Assembly: GCA_046300175.1 (NCBI GenBank)
Contig: JBKCMS010000009.1
Location: 71 to 64,070 of the forward strand
Direction of reading: 5' to 3'
Length of the DNA: 64,000 nucleotides
Source: Pseudomonadota bacterium
GTDB lineage: Bacteria > Bdellovibrionota_C > UBA2361 > OMII01
Shown here: in pieces, positions 9,811 to 19,687 of the stretch
Layout of the letters: every line of letters begins with the position of its first letter
Position numbering within the stretch: the stretch's first letter is position 1
Notes under the pieces: model-generated
The model's input: the letters and a program-made list of their open reading frames with translations, nothing else
Databases searched by the model: none
What the model was told of the DNA's origin: nothing
Program-made: the position numbers and the translations under genes

Positions 9811-10701
9811 CTACGCACTCCTTGCCCGACTACCAAACAACCCCTGCGGTCGAATCAGGAGAACTAGCAGAATAATAAGAAAAGCAAATGCGTCTTTGTA
9901 CCCTGCCGGGAGTGAATACCCCCCAAAATCAAGCCCGATCGCCATATTCTCCACAAAACCCAATATGTAGGCCCCAATAACCGTGCCCCAAATACTGCCG
10001 AGTCCACCGAGAATCATCGCGGCAAACGCCTTGATAGTATAGGCGTTACCCATGGTCGGCTGAAGGTTAGTTTCATAACCGACCAAGACCCCCGCATATG
10101 CGGCCAAAACAGTGCCGACCACAAACACCCAGAAATTAATCCGTCGGGCCTGAATTCCCAGGGTCTGAGAGGCGTTAGAGTTCTCTGAGAGGGCGCGAAT
10201 CCGCCGCCCCAACCCGGTACGATGAATAATTAGCGCCATCGACACCAGGATAACTAGCGCGCTAACTATGATCAAAATCTGTATCGGGGTGATAAAAATG
10301 CCGGCAAACTCATAGCTCGATAGCTCCTCTCCCGTTGACAGAGACCGCACGTTGACTCCGAAGGCGATCGAAACTATCGATTCTAGGATTGATGCTAAAG
10401 CCAGTGTCGTCACGAAAGGAAGTAACGGACTAAACTGCACAAACGGGTTAACAAAAAAGGTTAGAGTAAGCGTGCCCACAAACACCATCGAAATAGCGGC
10501 CAAGGCGCCAGCCGCTGGCAGCGACACCTGTTGATCTAGGGCGAAGAACAGGAACATGTATGCTCCGAGCATCATCATATGACCGTGGGCGAAATTAAGT
10601 ACCTTGAGCAGAGCAAACGTAAGGCACAATCCAGATGCAGCCAGAGCGTAAATGCTCCCGGTTATAAGCGAGTTAACTAACAGCTGCGGCAGGATATCCA
10701 T
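9811..10701 (-). CDS. Branched-chain-amino-acid-type ABC permease, LivH-like
   Basis: 296 aa with QLLVNSLITGSIYALAASGLCLTFALLKVLNFAHGHMMMLGAY, typical of a LivH N-terminus. Confidence 0.75.
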   Translation of the reverse strand: MDILPQLLVNSLITGSIYALAASGLCLTFALLKVLNFAHGHMMMLGAYMFLFFALDQQVSLPAAGALAAISMVFVGTLTLTFFVNPFVQFSPLLPFVTTLALASILESIVSIAFGVNVRSLSTGEELSSYEFAGIFITPIQILIIVSALVILVSMALIIHRTGLGRRIRALSENSNASQTLGIQARRINFWVFVVGTVLAAYAGVLVGYETNLQPTMGNAYTIKAFAAMILGGLGSIWGTVIGAYILGFVENMAIGLDFGGYSLPAGYKDAFAFLIILLVLLIRPQGLFGSRARSA

Positions 10702-10713
10702 GCCGCGATACTA

Positions 10714-11742
10714 TCACGTCAATTCAGAGTAGACTAGCTCGCTTATCCCCTCCTGAACCGAATGACTTGGCTGATAGCCAAGCAGCGACTTAGCGCGGTC
10801 AATGGTGGCGAGAGAGTGAGGGATATCACCCTTTCTAAAAGGCTCAAAGCGTGGCTTAGGCAATTCATCAGGCGAAAAACCACCGACGCGAGCGACCGCC
10901 TCGCGCAGCAAGCGCTCTAGCTGCAACAACGTAGTAGTGGCTCCGCAGGCGATATTGATAACCGAGTTAATAGCCCCACTTTCCACGCCTACCGAAGCTG
11001 CCAGTATGTTGGCTTGCACAACGTTGGCTATGTAGCAAAAATCGCGTGACGTGCTTCCGTCTCCAAAGATCACCACCGGCTCGCGCTTAGCCATCGCTGC
11101 CAACCACCTGGGAACAACAGCAGCATATGGACCGTTAGGGTCCTGACGTGGGCCGAAAACATTGAAATATCGCAACCCTACGGTCTCCATCCCAAATACT
11201 TTTCCATAAACCTGCGCATAGACTTCATCGATACGCTTGGTCGCGGCGTAGGGAGACAGGCAATTACCGATCTCATCCTCTACTTTAGGCCCCTCCCCTA
11301 TGTCACCGTATACCGAGCTCGATGATGCGTAGACCACCCGAGCGACGCCCGCTTGGCGCGCTGCATCAAGAACATTTATGAAGCCGTCAACATTTGACTC
11401 ATGAGACGCCAGCGGATCGGCGATCGACCTCGGAACAGATCCTAGTGCCGCTTGATGTAAAATTACCTGGGGAACGTGATGCCGTATAAGGTCTGCTAAC
11501 CCCTTCCGGTCCCGAATATCCTGTTCGAAAAAGGTAAAGCGCGCGGCCTTATCCGAAGACACACTGGACCGAACCGCCTCTACATTTTTCCGTGAGCCTG
11601 TTGAAAAATTATCGATTCCGATTACACGTTGGTCGAGAGTCAAAAGTCGCTCCACCAAATGGGAGCCTATAAAACCTGCCGCACCGGTGACTAACCAAGT
11701 ACGTTGAGAATGCCCTGTATCCACCATTTCTATAAACTCCAA
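10714..11742 (-). CDS. NAD-dependent nucleotide-sugar 4-epimerase (WbpP/TviC-like)
   Basis: Rossmann motif TGAAGFIGSHLVERLL and catalytic YxxxK (YAATK). 342 aa. Overlaps the upstream dehydrogenase gene by 13 nt. Confidence 0.7.
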   Translation of the reverse strand: MEFIEMVDTGHSQRTWLVTGAAGFIGSHLVERLLTLDQRVIGIDNFSTGSRKNVEAVRSSVSSDKAARFTFFEQDIRDRKGLADLIRHHVPQVILHQAALGSVPRSIADPLASHESNVDGFINVLDAARQAGVARVVYASSSSVYGDIGEGPKVEDEIGNCLSPYAATKRIDEVYAQVYGKVFGMETVGLRYFNVFGPRQDPNGPYAAVVPRWLAAMAKREPVVIFGDGSTSRDFCYIANVVQANILAASVGVESGAINSVINIACGATTTLLQLERLLREAVARVGGFSPDELPKPRFEPFRKGDIPHSLATIDRAKSLLGYQPSHSVQEGISELVYSELT

Positions 11743-13022
11743 TAAGAGATATTTTGCGGTATCGCCTTAGGATCAAAGAGCGATTTAATGTCTACCAGCA
11801 CGCCTCCCGGCACGATCCGCTCGACTAACGGCACTACCCCGGCCTCTCGTATCTGACTGTGTCCCACTGCAACGATAAGACCGTGAAGATCGCGTAGATC
11901 AGCCATCGAACACAGCTCAAGCCCGTACTCATCGCGTACTACTTCGGGATCTGCCAGTGGATCGTGGATCAGGGTCTGCACGCCGAATTCTGCTAATTCG
12001 TGGGCTATGTCGGGAACCCGACTGTTACGCGTATCACTGACGTTCTCCTTGAAAGTAACACCGAGAATGCCCACACGCGCTCCCTTCAAAGGACATCCGG
12101 CATGGATCATCAATTTCACTGTTCGCTCCGCAACAAAGCGCCCCATATCGTCGTTTATTCGACGACCAGCGAGGATCACCTGCGGGTGATAGCCTAACTG
12201 CTGCGCTTTAGCTGTGAGATAGTATGGATCAACTCCGATACAGTGGCCGCCGACTAATCCGGGTGAGAACTTCAAAAAGTTCCACTTTGTTCCCGCTGCA
12301 TCAAGGACATCCTTGGTCCGAATTCCCATTTTATCAAAGATAATGGAGAGCTCATTCATTAAAGCTATATTGAGATCTCTCTGCGTATTTTCGATAACCT
12401 TTGCTGCCTCTGCTACACGTATACTAGGCGCCTTAAAGAGCCCTGCCTTTACTACGGCACCGTAAACTGAAGCTATCCGCTCTGTAATCTCCGGATTTTC
12501 ACCTGCTACCACCTTGACGATCTTCTCCAAGGTGTGCTCCTTATCTCCTGGATTAATCCTCTCTGGGGAATATCCCAAAAAGAAATCAAGACCCTGCCTC
12601 AACCCAGATTCGCGCTCGATCACAGGTCCACACACCTCTTCTGTAACACCAGGGTACACCGTCGATTCAAACACCACCACCGCGCCACGCTTCAGATTTC
12701 GTCCAACACACTGACTAGCGCTTACAAGAGGAGACAGGTCCGGCTGGCGGTTCTCGTCTATCGGTGTCGGCACGGCGACGATAACTAGATCGCAGCGCCC
12801 AAGAAGGGTCGCATCCGTTGTAAAGGTGACGGAGGAAGAGCGAATCTCCTGCTCAAAGCCATCACCTGTTGGGTCCTGTCCATCACGTAATCCAGAGACT
12901 TTCTCCTGGCTGGTATCGTATCCCACCGTTCCAGGAAATGACCTGCCCAGCGCTAAGGCCAGCGGCAATCCCACATAACCCAGTCCGACGACACCGATAT
13001 TCTCAACTAGATAGGCTCCCAT
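11730..13022 (-). CDS. Nucleotide-sugar 6-dehydrogenase (UDP-glucose/GDP-mannose dehydrogenase family, TviB/WbpO-like)
   Basis: NAD fold GVVGLGYVGLPLALAL and catalytic Cys region LVGGHCIGVDPYYL. Start moved to ATG 13022 (MGAYLVEN). Confidence 0.75.
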   Translation of the reverse strand: MGAYLVENIGVVGLGYVGLPLALALGRSFPGTVGYDTSQEKVSGLRDGQDPTGDGFEQEIRSSSVTFTTDATLLGRCDLVIVAVPTPIDENRQPDLSPLVSASQCVGRNLKRGAVVVFESTVYPGVTEEVCGPVIERESGLRQGLDFFLGYSPERINPGDKEHTLEKIVKVVAGENPEITERIASVYGAVVKAGLFKAPSIRVAEAAKVIENTQRDLNIALMNELSIIFDKMGIRTKDVLDAAGTKWNFLKFSPGLVGGHCIGVDPYYLTAKAQQLGYHPQVILAGRRINDDMGRFVAERTVKLMIHAGCPLKGARVGILGVTFKENVSDTRNSRVPDIAHELAEFGVQTLIHDPLADPEVVRDEYGLELCSMADLRDLHGLIVAVGHSQIREAGVVPLVERIVPGGVLVDIKSLFDPKAIPQNISYWSL

Positions 13023-13323
13023 GTGGCCCCCGAAATTCAATAATTGCACCACTAAGCGGCTCCATGCAAAGACTACCATCGCTGGTTAAAAATTCACAAT
13101 CCAGGGCTTTGGTGATAACAAAACCTAGCTCCCTACTATCGGCTGCTACACCGCCCATTACTAGATAGGTTTTAGGTGCTTCCGTCACTCCACAAGCTCC
13201 ACTAGCCCTGGGATATGACCGCGACCCGCGACAATACCCCGACTGGGCCCCAGAAATATCCCTGCAGGGCTATAATGGCCCACGCAGCGAACGCATGGTA
13301 GCGGAGTGTGCAGGTAATTTGGT

Positions 13324-14472
13324 ATGGTTCAGGACACGTTGAGGAGCAGAACTGTTGTGGATGAACGGCGTCGTGGATGGAGCATACAGGTAGGTAGTAT
13401 TGGGGCTATCCCGATTCGGATTCACCTAACCTTTCTTATGCTTCTAGGGTGGCTACTCTTAGGAGGCAGTAGCGAATCTGCCGTTAGCGAGACTGCTTTT
13501 GTTCTCCTGGTCTTTGTCTGCGTACTACTTCACGAGCTAAGTCACGCATTGGTGGCAAAGCGCTTTGACGTAAAGACCAGAGATATTACCTTGTACCCGT
13601 TCGGTGGTATCGCCTCGATTGTTTCTCAGCCATCTCCTAAAGCTGAGTTGGTAATAGCGTTAGCAGGGCCCGCGCTCAACCTAGCGATAGCTGCTGCGCT
13701 ATACCCTTGGTTAACTATGCCCGACCTGACCGAGGCCGGGCTTAAGGTGACCCAGGAAAGTGATCTAGGACTTGGAATAAAGCTGTTCTTCACAAATCTG
13801 GCTCTCGCCGCTTTTAACTTACTCCCTGCTCTGCCAATGGACGGGGGTCGGGTCCTACGTGCATCACTGGCCCTGCTTAATGTGCGAGAGCCAACTGCTA
13901 TTGCGGCACGAGTTAGCCAGGCTCTCTGCGTCCTGCTGGCGATAGCTGGCCTCTACCTCGAACAACCTATGTTGTTTATTATCGCTGTACTCGTGTTTCT
14001 AGGAGCTATGCAGGAGCACCTCAGGGCAGAGACGAAGGCCATTGCAACCACTTTTAGCATCCAAGAAGCGATGATTGCCAAGGAACGGCTGGAGTCGTTT
14101 CCTCACGGGACAACGATCTCACGTGCGCTTTCGACTACACTTACATCGTGGCAGCCGCTCTACCCGGTAATGAACGGAGACGCCCTTTTGGGGATTGTGC
14201 TGCGAGATGATATCCTGGAGCATGCCGTCACCCATGCAGACGACTACGTGGGAGAGATAATGAAGCGAGATATCAATCAGGTTGATATCGGAGCGCCCCT
14301 TGCAGAAGCCTATGCCCAGATGGAGTCAACGGCGGCGCCAGTGCTTGCGGTAACCTCAGAAGGTCGCTACGTGGGGATACTAGCATACGACCGGCTAGCC
14401 GACTTTTTGCTGATGCATGAGTTACGTAACAAGATGCCGAAAGACGAGGATATAGAATGGCCAAATCCGTAA
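13324..14472 (+). CDS. M50 site-2-protease family metalloprotease with C-terminal CBS-like region
   Basis: HExxH is HELSHALVAKRF. Second M50 motif is NLLPALPMDGGRVL. There are multiple TM segments, and the C-terminal ~130 aa are soluble and CBS-pair-like. Confidence 0.75.
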   Translation: MVQDTLRSRTVVDERRRGWSIQVGSIGAIPIRIHLTFLMLLGWLLLGGSSESAVSETAFVLLVFVCVLLHELSHALVAKRFDVKTRDITLYPFGGIASIVSQPSPKAELVIALAGPALNLAIAAALYPWLTMPDLTEAGLKVTQESDLGLGIKLFFTNLALAAFNLLPALPMDGGRVLRASLALLNVREPTAIAARVSQALCVLLAIAGLYLEQPMLFIIAVLVFLGAMQEHLRAETKAIATTFSIQEAMIAKERLESFPHGTTISRALSTTLTSWQPLYPVMNGDALLGIVLRDDILEHAVTHADDYVGEIMKRDINQVDIGAPLAEAYAQMESTAAPVLAVTSEGRYVGILAYDRLADFLLMHELRNKMPKDEDIEWPNP

Positions 14473-14487
14473 TTGTCGGAGGTCGCT

Positions 14488-15468
14488 GTGTCGGATGAAG
14501 CCTTAACCGGGGCGCTGGATGCTGAACCGCGTGAAATGGATGCACGTCGCAAGACAGAAGGAATTTTGCCTTTGCTGGCAACTATACTCGGTCGGTTGCC
14601 GTTTGGGGTACGGTCGTTTACCGGGTTGTGTCTAGGTTATCTGGTAGGATTACTTCCCTTTCGCGAACGCACCTTTACTCGGCTTCAGCTGGCTGTGTTT
14701 CTGCCCGAGGTCTCGGCGAAAGGCATTACACCATGGGTCTTTGCTAACGCTGGTCAAACCCTCCTTGAGTCGCTTAACGTCCGCCGGTTTCTGACGGACA
14801 GCCCGCATCGTATCACTTGTGACGCATGGAGCCGCGTTCAGGACTGGAGAAAGGATCCTCGACCGATCGTCTGCCTCACAGCCCACACGGGGAATTGGGA
14901 CCTCCTGGCTGCCTGGGTTATCTCTAAGGGTATTCCTTTAACAACCATCGGTCGTGAAGCTCGTAAACCGAGCGCTCAAGCGGTTCTCAAAGCCATTCGG
15001 GATGGATACGGAATTGAAACCATATGGCGCTCGGACCGCTCGGGTCTCAAGCGGCTTATTTCATGTCTTAAAGAGCGGCGCGTACTAGCGGCGCTAATTG
15101 ATCAGGACACTCGGGTGGAGAGTATTTCTGTGCCTTTCTTCGGTGAACAGGCTAAGACCCCGGTGTCGCTGATAACTCTTGGGCGTAAAATGAACGCCCG
15201 TTTTGTTACTGCATTTATATTTCGCACAGGCTGGATGCGCTTTTCTGTGTTTATTGAAGAGGTCCCGGAGCTCTCATCGGATCAGGAGGTGTTACGCGTC
15301 TATAACCAGCGACTCGAGGCCCTAATTCGCAGGTTCCCCGATCAATGGGTGTGGTTCCACAAGCGCTGGCGCAGCCCACCAGGCCAGGAGACTCTCTCGT
15401 CCAAAGCTTACGAGCACATGCTGAGAGCGCGGTTGGCTAGCACCGTCACTCAGGAGGCTGATGAATAG
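14488..15468 (+). CDS. Lipid A biosynthesis (LpxL/HtrB family) lysophospholipid acyltransferase
   Basis: HX4D motif HTGNWDL, plus AALIDQD and PDQWVWFHKRW. GTG 14488 sits 5 nt after GGAGG; the ORF-track TTG at 14473 is less likely. Confidence 0.7.
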   Translation: MSDEALTGALDAEPREMDARRKTEGILPLLATILGRLPFGVRSFTGLCLGYLVGLLPFRERTFTRLQLAVFLPEVSAKGITPWVFANAGQTLLESLNVRRFLTDSPHRITCDAWSRVQDWRKDPRPIVCLTAHTGNWDLLAAWVISKGIPLTTIGREARKPSAQAVLKAIRDGYGIETIWRSDRSGLKRLISCLKERRVLAALIDQDTRVESISVPFFGEQAKTPVSLITLGRKMNARFVTAFIFRTGWMRFSVFIEEVPELSSDQEVLRVYNQRLEALIRRFPDQWVWFHKRWRSPPGQETLSSKAYEHMLRARLASTVTQEADE

Positions 15469-16078
15469 TCCACGAGTACCAGCATGTAGGAGGCCCGCCA
15501 ACAAAGTATTTTTGAGGTTAATTTGCGCCTGCTCGCACTACTTGCAAACTGCGAAAAGCACACCTGGCATAAAACAAACACGCTACACCGTCGCACCCCG
15601 ATCTAATGGTGCCATTGCCCGATTAACTACTTCGTTAACTGCTGTGCTAACACTGCTTCTGGGGTGCTCTTCAATCGGCTCCTCCGGAATGGTGGATCAT
15701 GCTGAGGAGCTACTAGCTAATTCACACCATAAAGAAGCTATTGTGGCGTACAGGAATCACATTCAAAACCGGCTCGCTGCCGCAGATCGTCCTGAGTGGG
15801 AAAATCCGCATTTTTATCTCCTTAGGATTGCTGATATCGAGCTTGAGATGGGCGAGCCCGTGCAGGCGCTTGAGACCTGCACCTCGGCTGATGCTCATGG
15901 AGTAGATGCCGCTCTGATCACCGACCGTTACCGAGCCATTGCAAACTGGTACATTGAGCGTCGTGAGCTCGATAGTGCTTTTAAGCTTTTGCAAAAGCAC
16001 CGCCAGCGTGATCCACTACTATTTGATGCCATGCTTGATCGTGTTGGTCGCGAGATAACCGGAAGGGAGGGGCTTTGA
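15461..16078 (+). CDS. Hypothetical lipoprotein with helical-repeat (TPR-like) body
   Basis: Lipobox LTLLLGC|SS. ATG overlaps the upstream stop by 8 nt (ATGAATAG). The signal region lies ~55 aa in, so the true start is uncertain. Confidence 0.35.
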   Translation: MNSPRVPACRRPANKVFLRLICACSHYLQTAKSTPGIKQTRYTVAPRSNGAIARLTTSLTAVLTLLLGCSSIGSSGMVDHAEELLANSHHKEAIVAYRNHIQNRLAAADRPEWENPHFYLLRIADIELEMGEPVQALETCTSADAHGVDAALITDRYRAIANWYIERRELDSAFKLLQKHRQRDPLLFDAMLDRVGREITGREGL

Positions 16079-16119
16079 GCCAAGAAACACCTCTATCGCG
16101 CGGTGATGTTACACAGCTA

Positions 16120-18606
16120 TTAGCGGGCGCTACGAGAATTACTAGCCTGCACACCCCCTGGCACTCTGACCCTCACGGTTGTGAGTTGGGTCGTCTGCTG
16201 TCCCGCCCCTGTACCCACTCGTATGCTGTAGGATAGCTGATATGTCCCGCGACTGAGTCCGCTAAAGACAACGAGTGGTCGCAAGCTATTTCTGCTCCAG
16301 CTGCGGCCTGCACCCTTTAAGTTCACGTTGTAGACCACACCGCCGGCGATTGATTGTAATCGAGCTACCATCTGATACCGTGCAGCCTCGCTGTCGGCAG
16401 TGGTACGAGTTATCTCGACTACAGGTATTGCCGGCTTGGTGTTTGTGTTTGGATCAAGACAGTCAGCTATACCGTTCCTGTTGTTATCAACATCAGCCAC
16501 GTTGCAGCCACAGGCGCCTGGGCTTGATTTCAGATCGCTACAAGCGCAGCCATTAACCGCAGTCTTCCCAGGATCGGCTGGGCACTGGTCTACACAGTTG
16601 GGAGTACCGTCTGCATCACTGTCTGTCTCTGGAACTCCACATCCGCACCGACCTGCAGTAGTTTTGGTATTATCTGCCGGGCATCCGTCAATGCAATCAG
16701 CAATAGTATCTTTGTCCGTATCCGTATCAGCTTTACCACATCCACACTGTCCTGGAGTACTCTTTGCTGGGTCGCTTGAGCAGCCATCAACGCAATCGGC
16801 GATCAGATCTTTATCGCTATCCACTTCAGTTCGACCGCATCCACACGAGCCGGGCTCGGTCTTTAATAGATCTGTTGGACATAGGTCGAGACAGTCAGGT
16901 ACTGTGTCTAGATCGGTATCGGTCGGACAACTATGCTGCGCTAGATATACATGCTGAATCGCGGCGCCATTGGTACCTCCATTGTTAGCTGGAAAAACAG
17001 CATTAGAGGCGCGTGATTGATATGCTGTGACCAAGCCGCTGCGGCTAACATGCGTTAAGGTGGCATCTGCGTCTAGCCCGTTTCCACCGGTTCCTGGCGT
17101 TACCAGGTACATTTTTCTCTGTATCCGGTCGTACATAAAGATATTTGTATGAGCAGTTGTTGCTGAAGGGAGGAGATTAGTCGCATCGGACTCAAATATG
17201 ACGTAGTGAGCGTCGCGACTGATCCAGGCGTTGCGGCTATCTCCATTACCTCCCGCATTGACTCCATGCGCTAAGCTGATCATTTCTGCCTTCTTGGTCA
17301 CTGCATCGTATACATACACCTGAGAGAATCCGCCGGTCGAGACGTAAGTAGTTTGCTTTGGCGCTGGATAGTACAAATTAAAACCACTTCCAACAGCCTC
17401 CTTGCACACCATATTCGGATTGGTCAGATCGACAAATAAATCAGTCGCTAGAGACTCGAACGTAACATACCTTCCAGTGCCATCGACCCTCGGACGAGTG
17501 CTGTTATTGTTTGCTGGATCATTGTTATTAAGAATCGGTAACAGATCTCCACTCAAAGAACATCGCGGGGCCTGAGCTCGGCTAATAACCGAGAATTTAT
17601 CGCCCTTATGCAGGTAGATATCATCAAAACCGGCATTATCCGGATTGAAAGACGCCGGTACCGTTGCGCGTGAATTAAAGACGGTAGTGGTTATATCCGC
17701 GCTCATGGCGGGGTTTTCGGCATCATCATCTAGCAACAGGACACTCTTATCAGCATGAAAGCCGAAACGATCGAAAAGAACTGAGCTTCTACACTCGCCA
17801 AGGTAGGCAATAGACGGGTCACTACAAACACCTCCGTCTCTGATATATATCCCCTTAAAACCATCTGAACTTTTACACTGCGGTTCAAGATTATCAATCA
17901 TATTTTGACCGGCTGAGGAGATCAGCGCGTTTTTACCATCATCCGATAGTCCCCACAGAAATACATCTTGCGAAGATCCAGGATTACTCTCCTGACCTTC
18001 AGGGACGCACATGGAGCTGGAGAGCCATGAACGCTCCACCTTGCGATCATGAATAATCACCTGCTGTGCGCCTCCAGGAGTTCTAGGAGCAAACAGATTA
18101 GTTGCGCGACTCTCGAATGCTACATAGCGCCCCTCGTCACCTGTACTACCAGCGATGCGAGGATTGTAGCTGTCCGCATTGCCCTGTATTTTACTTCCAT
18201 TTACACTTACGCACCGCACCGAACCAGTATAGTCATCCATCCAGTATACCTGCTCGGTGACCGATCCAGTGCAGAATCCGTTCGGCGGTGGTGAGAGATC
18301 ATCTAAGCTCGAATCAGTAGTCACGAAGGCAAGATAGCGTGGCTCGTTCTTTGTGTTGCCGTTTTGGTCCTGAAATGGAAAGTCCTGGAAAACTAGGTCG
18401 CGGCTATCGGCGTTTAGTTGCGTGACTACTGCCCCCGACCGCTTGACACTCTTACGGGCTGTAGAGGCCGCCGTAAAAGGATCGGCTAGAACATCGCTGG
18501 CGGCACCATGGAAGCCAAGCACGGTCAGTAGGACCAGTATTGGCCCCAAGCACCGCTTAATAGAGAAGATATGTTTGGGGTCGGTTATGGTAGTTTGCCT
18601 ATACAT
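16120..18606 (-). CDS. Large secreted protein: PD40/TolB-like beta-propeller repeats plus Cys-rich thrombospondin-type-3-like Ca-binding repeats
   Basis: Signal peptide after ATG 18606, which is preceded by GGAG. Recurrent blade motif: GRYVAFESRATNL, GRYVTFESLATDL, AHYVIFESDATNL, AYQSRASNAV. The C-terminal repeat block is listed as its own feature. Confidence 0.6.
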   Translation of the reverse strand: MYRQTTITDPKHIFSIKRCLGPILVLLTVLGFHGAASDVLADPFTAASTARKSVKRSGAVVTQLNADSRDLVFQDFPFQDQNGNTKNEPRYLAFVTTDSSLDDLSPPPNGFCTGSVTEQVYWMDDYTGSVRCVSVNGSKIQGNADSYNPRIAGSTGDEGRYVAFESRATNLFAPRTPGGAQQVIIHDRKVERSWLSSSMCVPEGQESNPGSSQDVFLWGLSDDGKNALISSAGQNMIDNLEPQCKSSDGFKGIYIRDGGVCSDPSIAYLGECRSSVLFDRFGFHADKSVLLLDDDAENPAMSADITTTVFNSRATVPASFNPDNAGFDDIYLHKGDKFSVISRAQAPRCSLSGDLLPILNNNDPANNNSTRPRVDGTGRYVTFESLATDLFVDLTNPNMVCKEAVGSGFNLYYPAPKQTTYVSTGGFSQVYVYDAVTKKAEMISLAHGVNAGGNGDSRNAWISRDAHYVIFESDATNLLPSATTAHTNIFMYDRIQRKMYLVTPGTGGNGLDADATLTHVSRSGLVTAYQSRASNAVFPANNGGTNGAAIQHVYLAQHSCPTDTDLDTVPDCLDLCPTDLLKTEPGSCGCGRTEVDSDKDLIADCVDGCSSDPAKSTPGQCGCGKADTDTDKDTIADCIDGCPADNTKTTAGRCGCGVPETDSDADGTPNCVDQCPADPGKTAVNGCACSDLKSSPGACGCNVADVDNNRNGIADCLDPNTNTKPAIPVVEITRTTADSEAARYQMVARLQSIAGGVVYNVNLKGAGRSWSRNSLRPLVVFSGLSRGTYQLSYSIRVGTGAGQQTTQLTTVRVRVPGGVQASNSRSAR
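16447..16932 (-). repeat. Intragenic tandem repeats (~36 aa unit, 4-5 copies): D-x-D-x-D...DC-x-D-x-CP-x-D-x-x-K-x-x-PG-x-CGCG
   Basis: Peptide reads CPTDTDLDTVPDCLDLCPTDLLKTEPGSCGCG / RTEVDSDKDLIADCVDGCSSDPAKSTPGQCGCG / KADTDTDKDTIADCIDGCPADNTKTTAGRCGCG / VPETDSDADGTPNCVDQCPADPGKTAVNGCAC... / NVADVDNNRNGIADCLDPN. Confidence 0.7.
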
Positions 18607-18726
18607 CGGTAGCTCCGTTGCACCTAGAAACGAAGCCGCTAACAGCCTCAACTAAACTGGTGCCCAACACATCTCAAGATGCGGAGTTACTGCGAATCGA
18701 TTCGCAAGCGCTATAACGACGTTTAT

Positions 18727-19590
18727 TTATGCTCTAGTGGCGACCACCTGACTAAGCTTTAGGTCCGGCATACTCAAAACCATCTTGCGCCCAAGACCCC
18801 AAGGCCGAGAGTCTATATCATCACTGAGATCAGAGAGGTGCAGGGAGTGTAACTCCTCCCCTGTTTGCAAGTCTCTTAGTACCAGCCCAGCGCGTAATGC
18901 AATCGCCAGGGGCGCCATCAGATCCCATAGCCGTTGCGAGCCGATAATCGAGGCTCTGGTGCGCCCCAGAGCCGATCCCAAAAAGTCGTAGACACTTGAT
19001 CCACTTGAAACCCACGGAGTTAGAAGCTCAATCCTACGCTCAGCCAGCCAAGACCTGTCGCGAGAATTCACTGACACAGACGAGTTCACCTCACCAGCTA
19101 GCTCCACTGGCCCCTGCACTCCGGTCACCATATCCTCTACAAAAAGCGACTGCTCATCCGCCCAATAAAGCCGCTGCTCTTCAGGTATGGCGATAACGCC
19201 TGCTACCGGCCACACTCCACTAGCAAACCGCTTTGATAGAGCTACCGCGATACAGTACTGCGGGCGCCCCTGAATGAAGTTCTTGGTTCCATCTATCGGG
19301 TCGATGATGATCTGATGTGATGCTTGCAAAAAACCGCCGTACATCTCCTCAGCGCTCTTTGCCTGGGAATCGATCGCCCCCTCTTCCCCTAATACCGGCA
19401 CACCTGGGAACGCTTCATTAAAGCCCTTAACGAGTCGGGTCTCTACCTGCTGATCAATCTCGGTAACAAGACTTCCATCACGCTTCGTGACCACGGCCTT
19501 ATCGGTCCGGGTTGCTCCACTAAGAACAACCGGCACCAACTCCTTCACTGCACGCAGCGCGAGCGCTATAAAATCACTGCTGGAAACCAC
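18727..19590 (-). CDS. Inositol monophosphatase family protein (SuhB/CysQ-like)
   Basis: Motifs LGEEG, IIDPIDGTKNF and WDLMAPLAI. GTG start. Confidence 0.75.
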   Translation of the reverse strand: MVSSSDFIALALRAVKELVPVVLSGATRTDKAVVTKRDGSLVTEIDQQVETRLVKGFNEAFPGVPVLGEEGAIDSQAKSAEEMYGGFLQASHQIIIDPIDGTKNFIQGRPQYCIAVALSKRFASGVWPVAGVIAIPEEQRLYWADEQSLFVEDMVTGVQGPVELAGEVNSSVSVNSRDRSWLAERRIELLTPWVSSGSSVYDFLGSALGRTRASIIGSQRLWDLMAPLAIALRAGLVLRDLQTGEELHSLHLSDLSDDIDSRPWGLGRKMVLSMPDLKLSQVVATRA

Positions 19591-19687
19591 AATCCGCCCA
19601 CCCTACCAATTTAACGGCCCTCGATATCCATTGCTATACTGACAACTAAGCGCACAGCCCTATAACCAAGTCTCATATGGCTTAGGC

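Noticed and set aside
16275-16957. Plus-strand ORFs (93, 185 and 74 aa) antisense to the repeat block of the PD40 protein.
   Set aside because: They are artefacts of the Asp/Cys/Gly codon repeats (GAC/GAT, TGC, GGC), which are stop-free in antisense. The minus-strand reading gives a coherent repeat protein.
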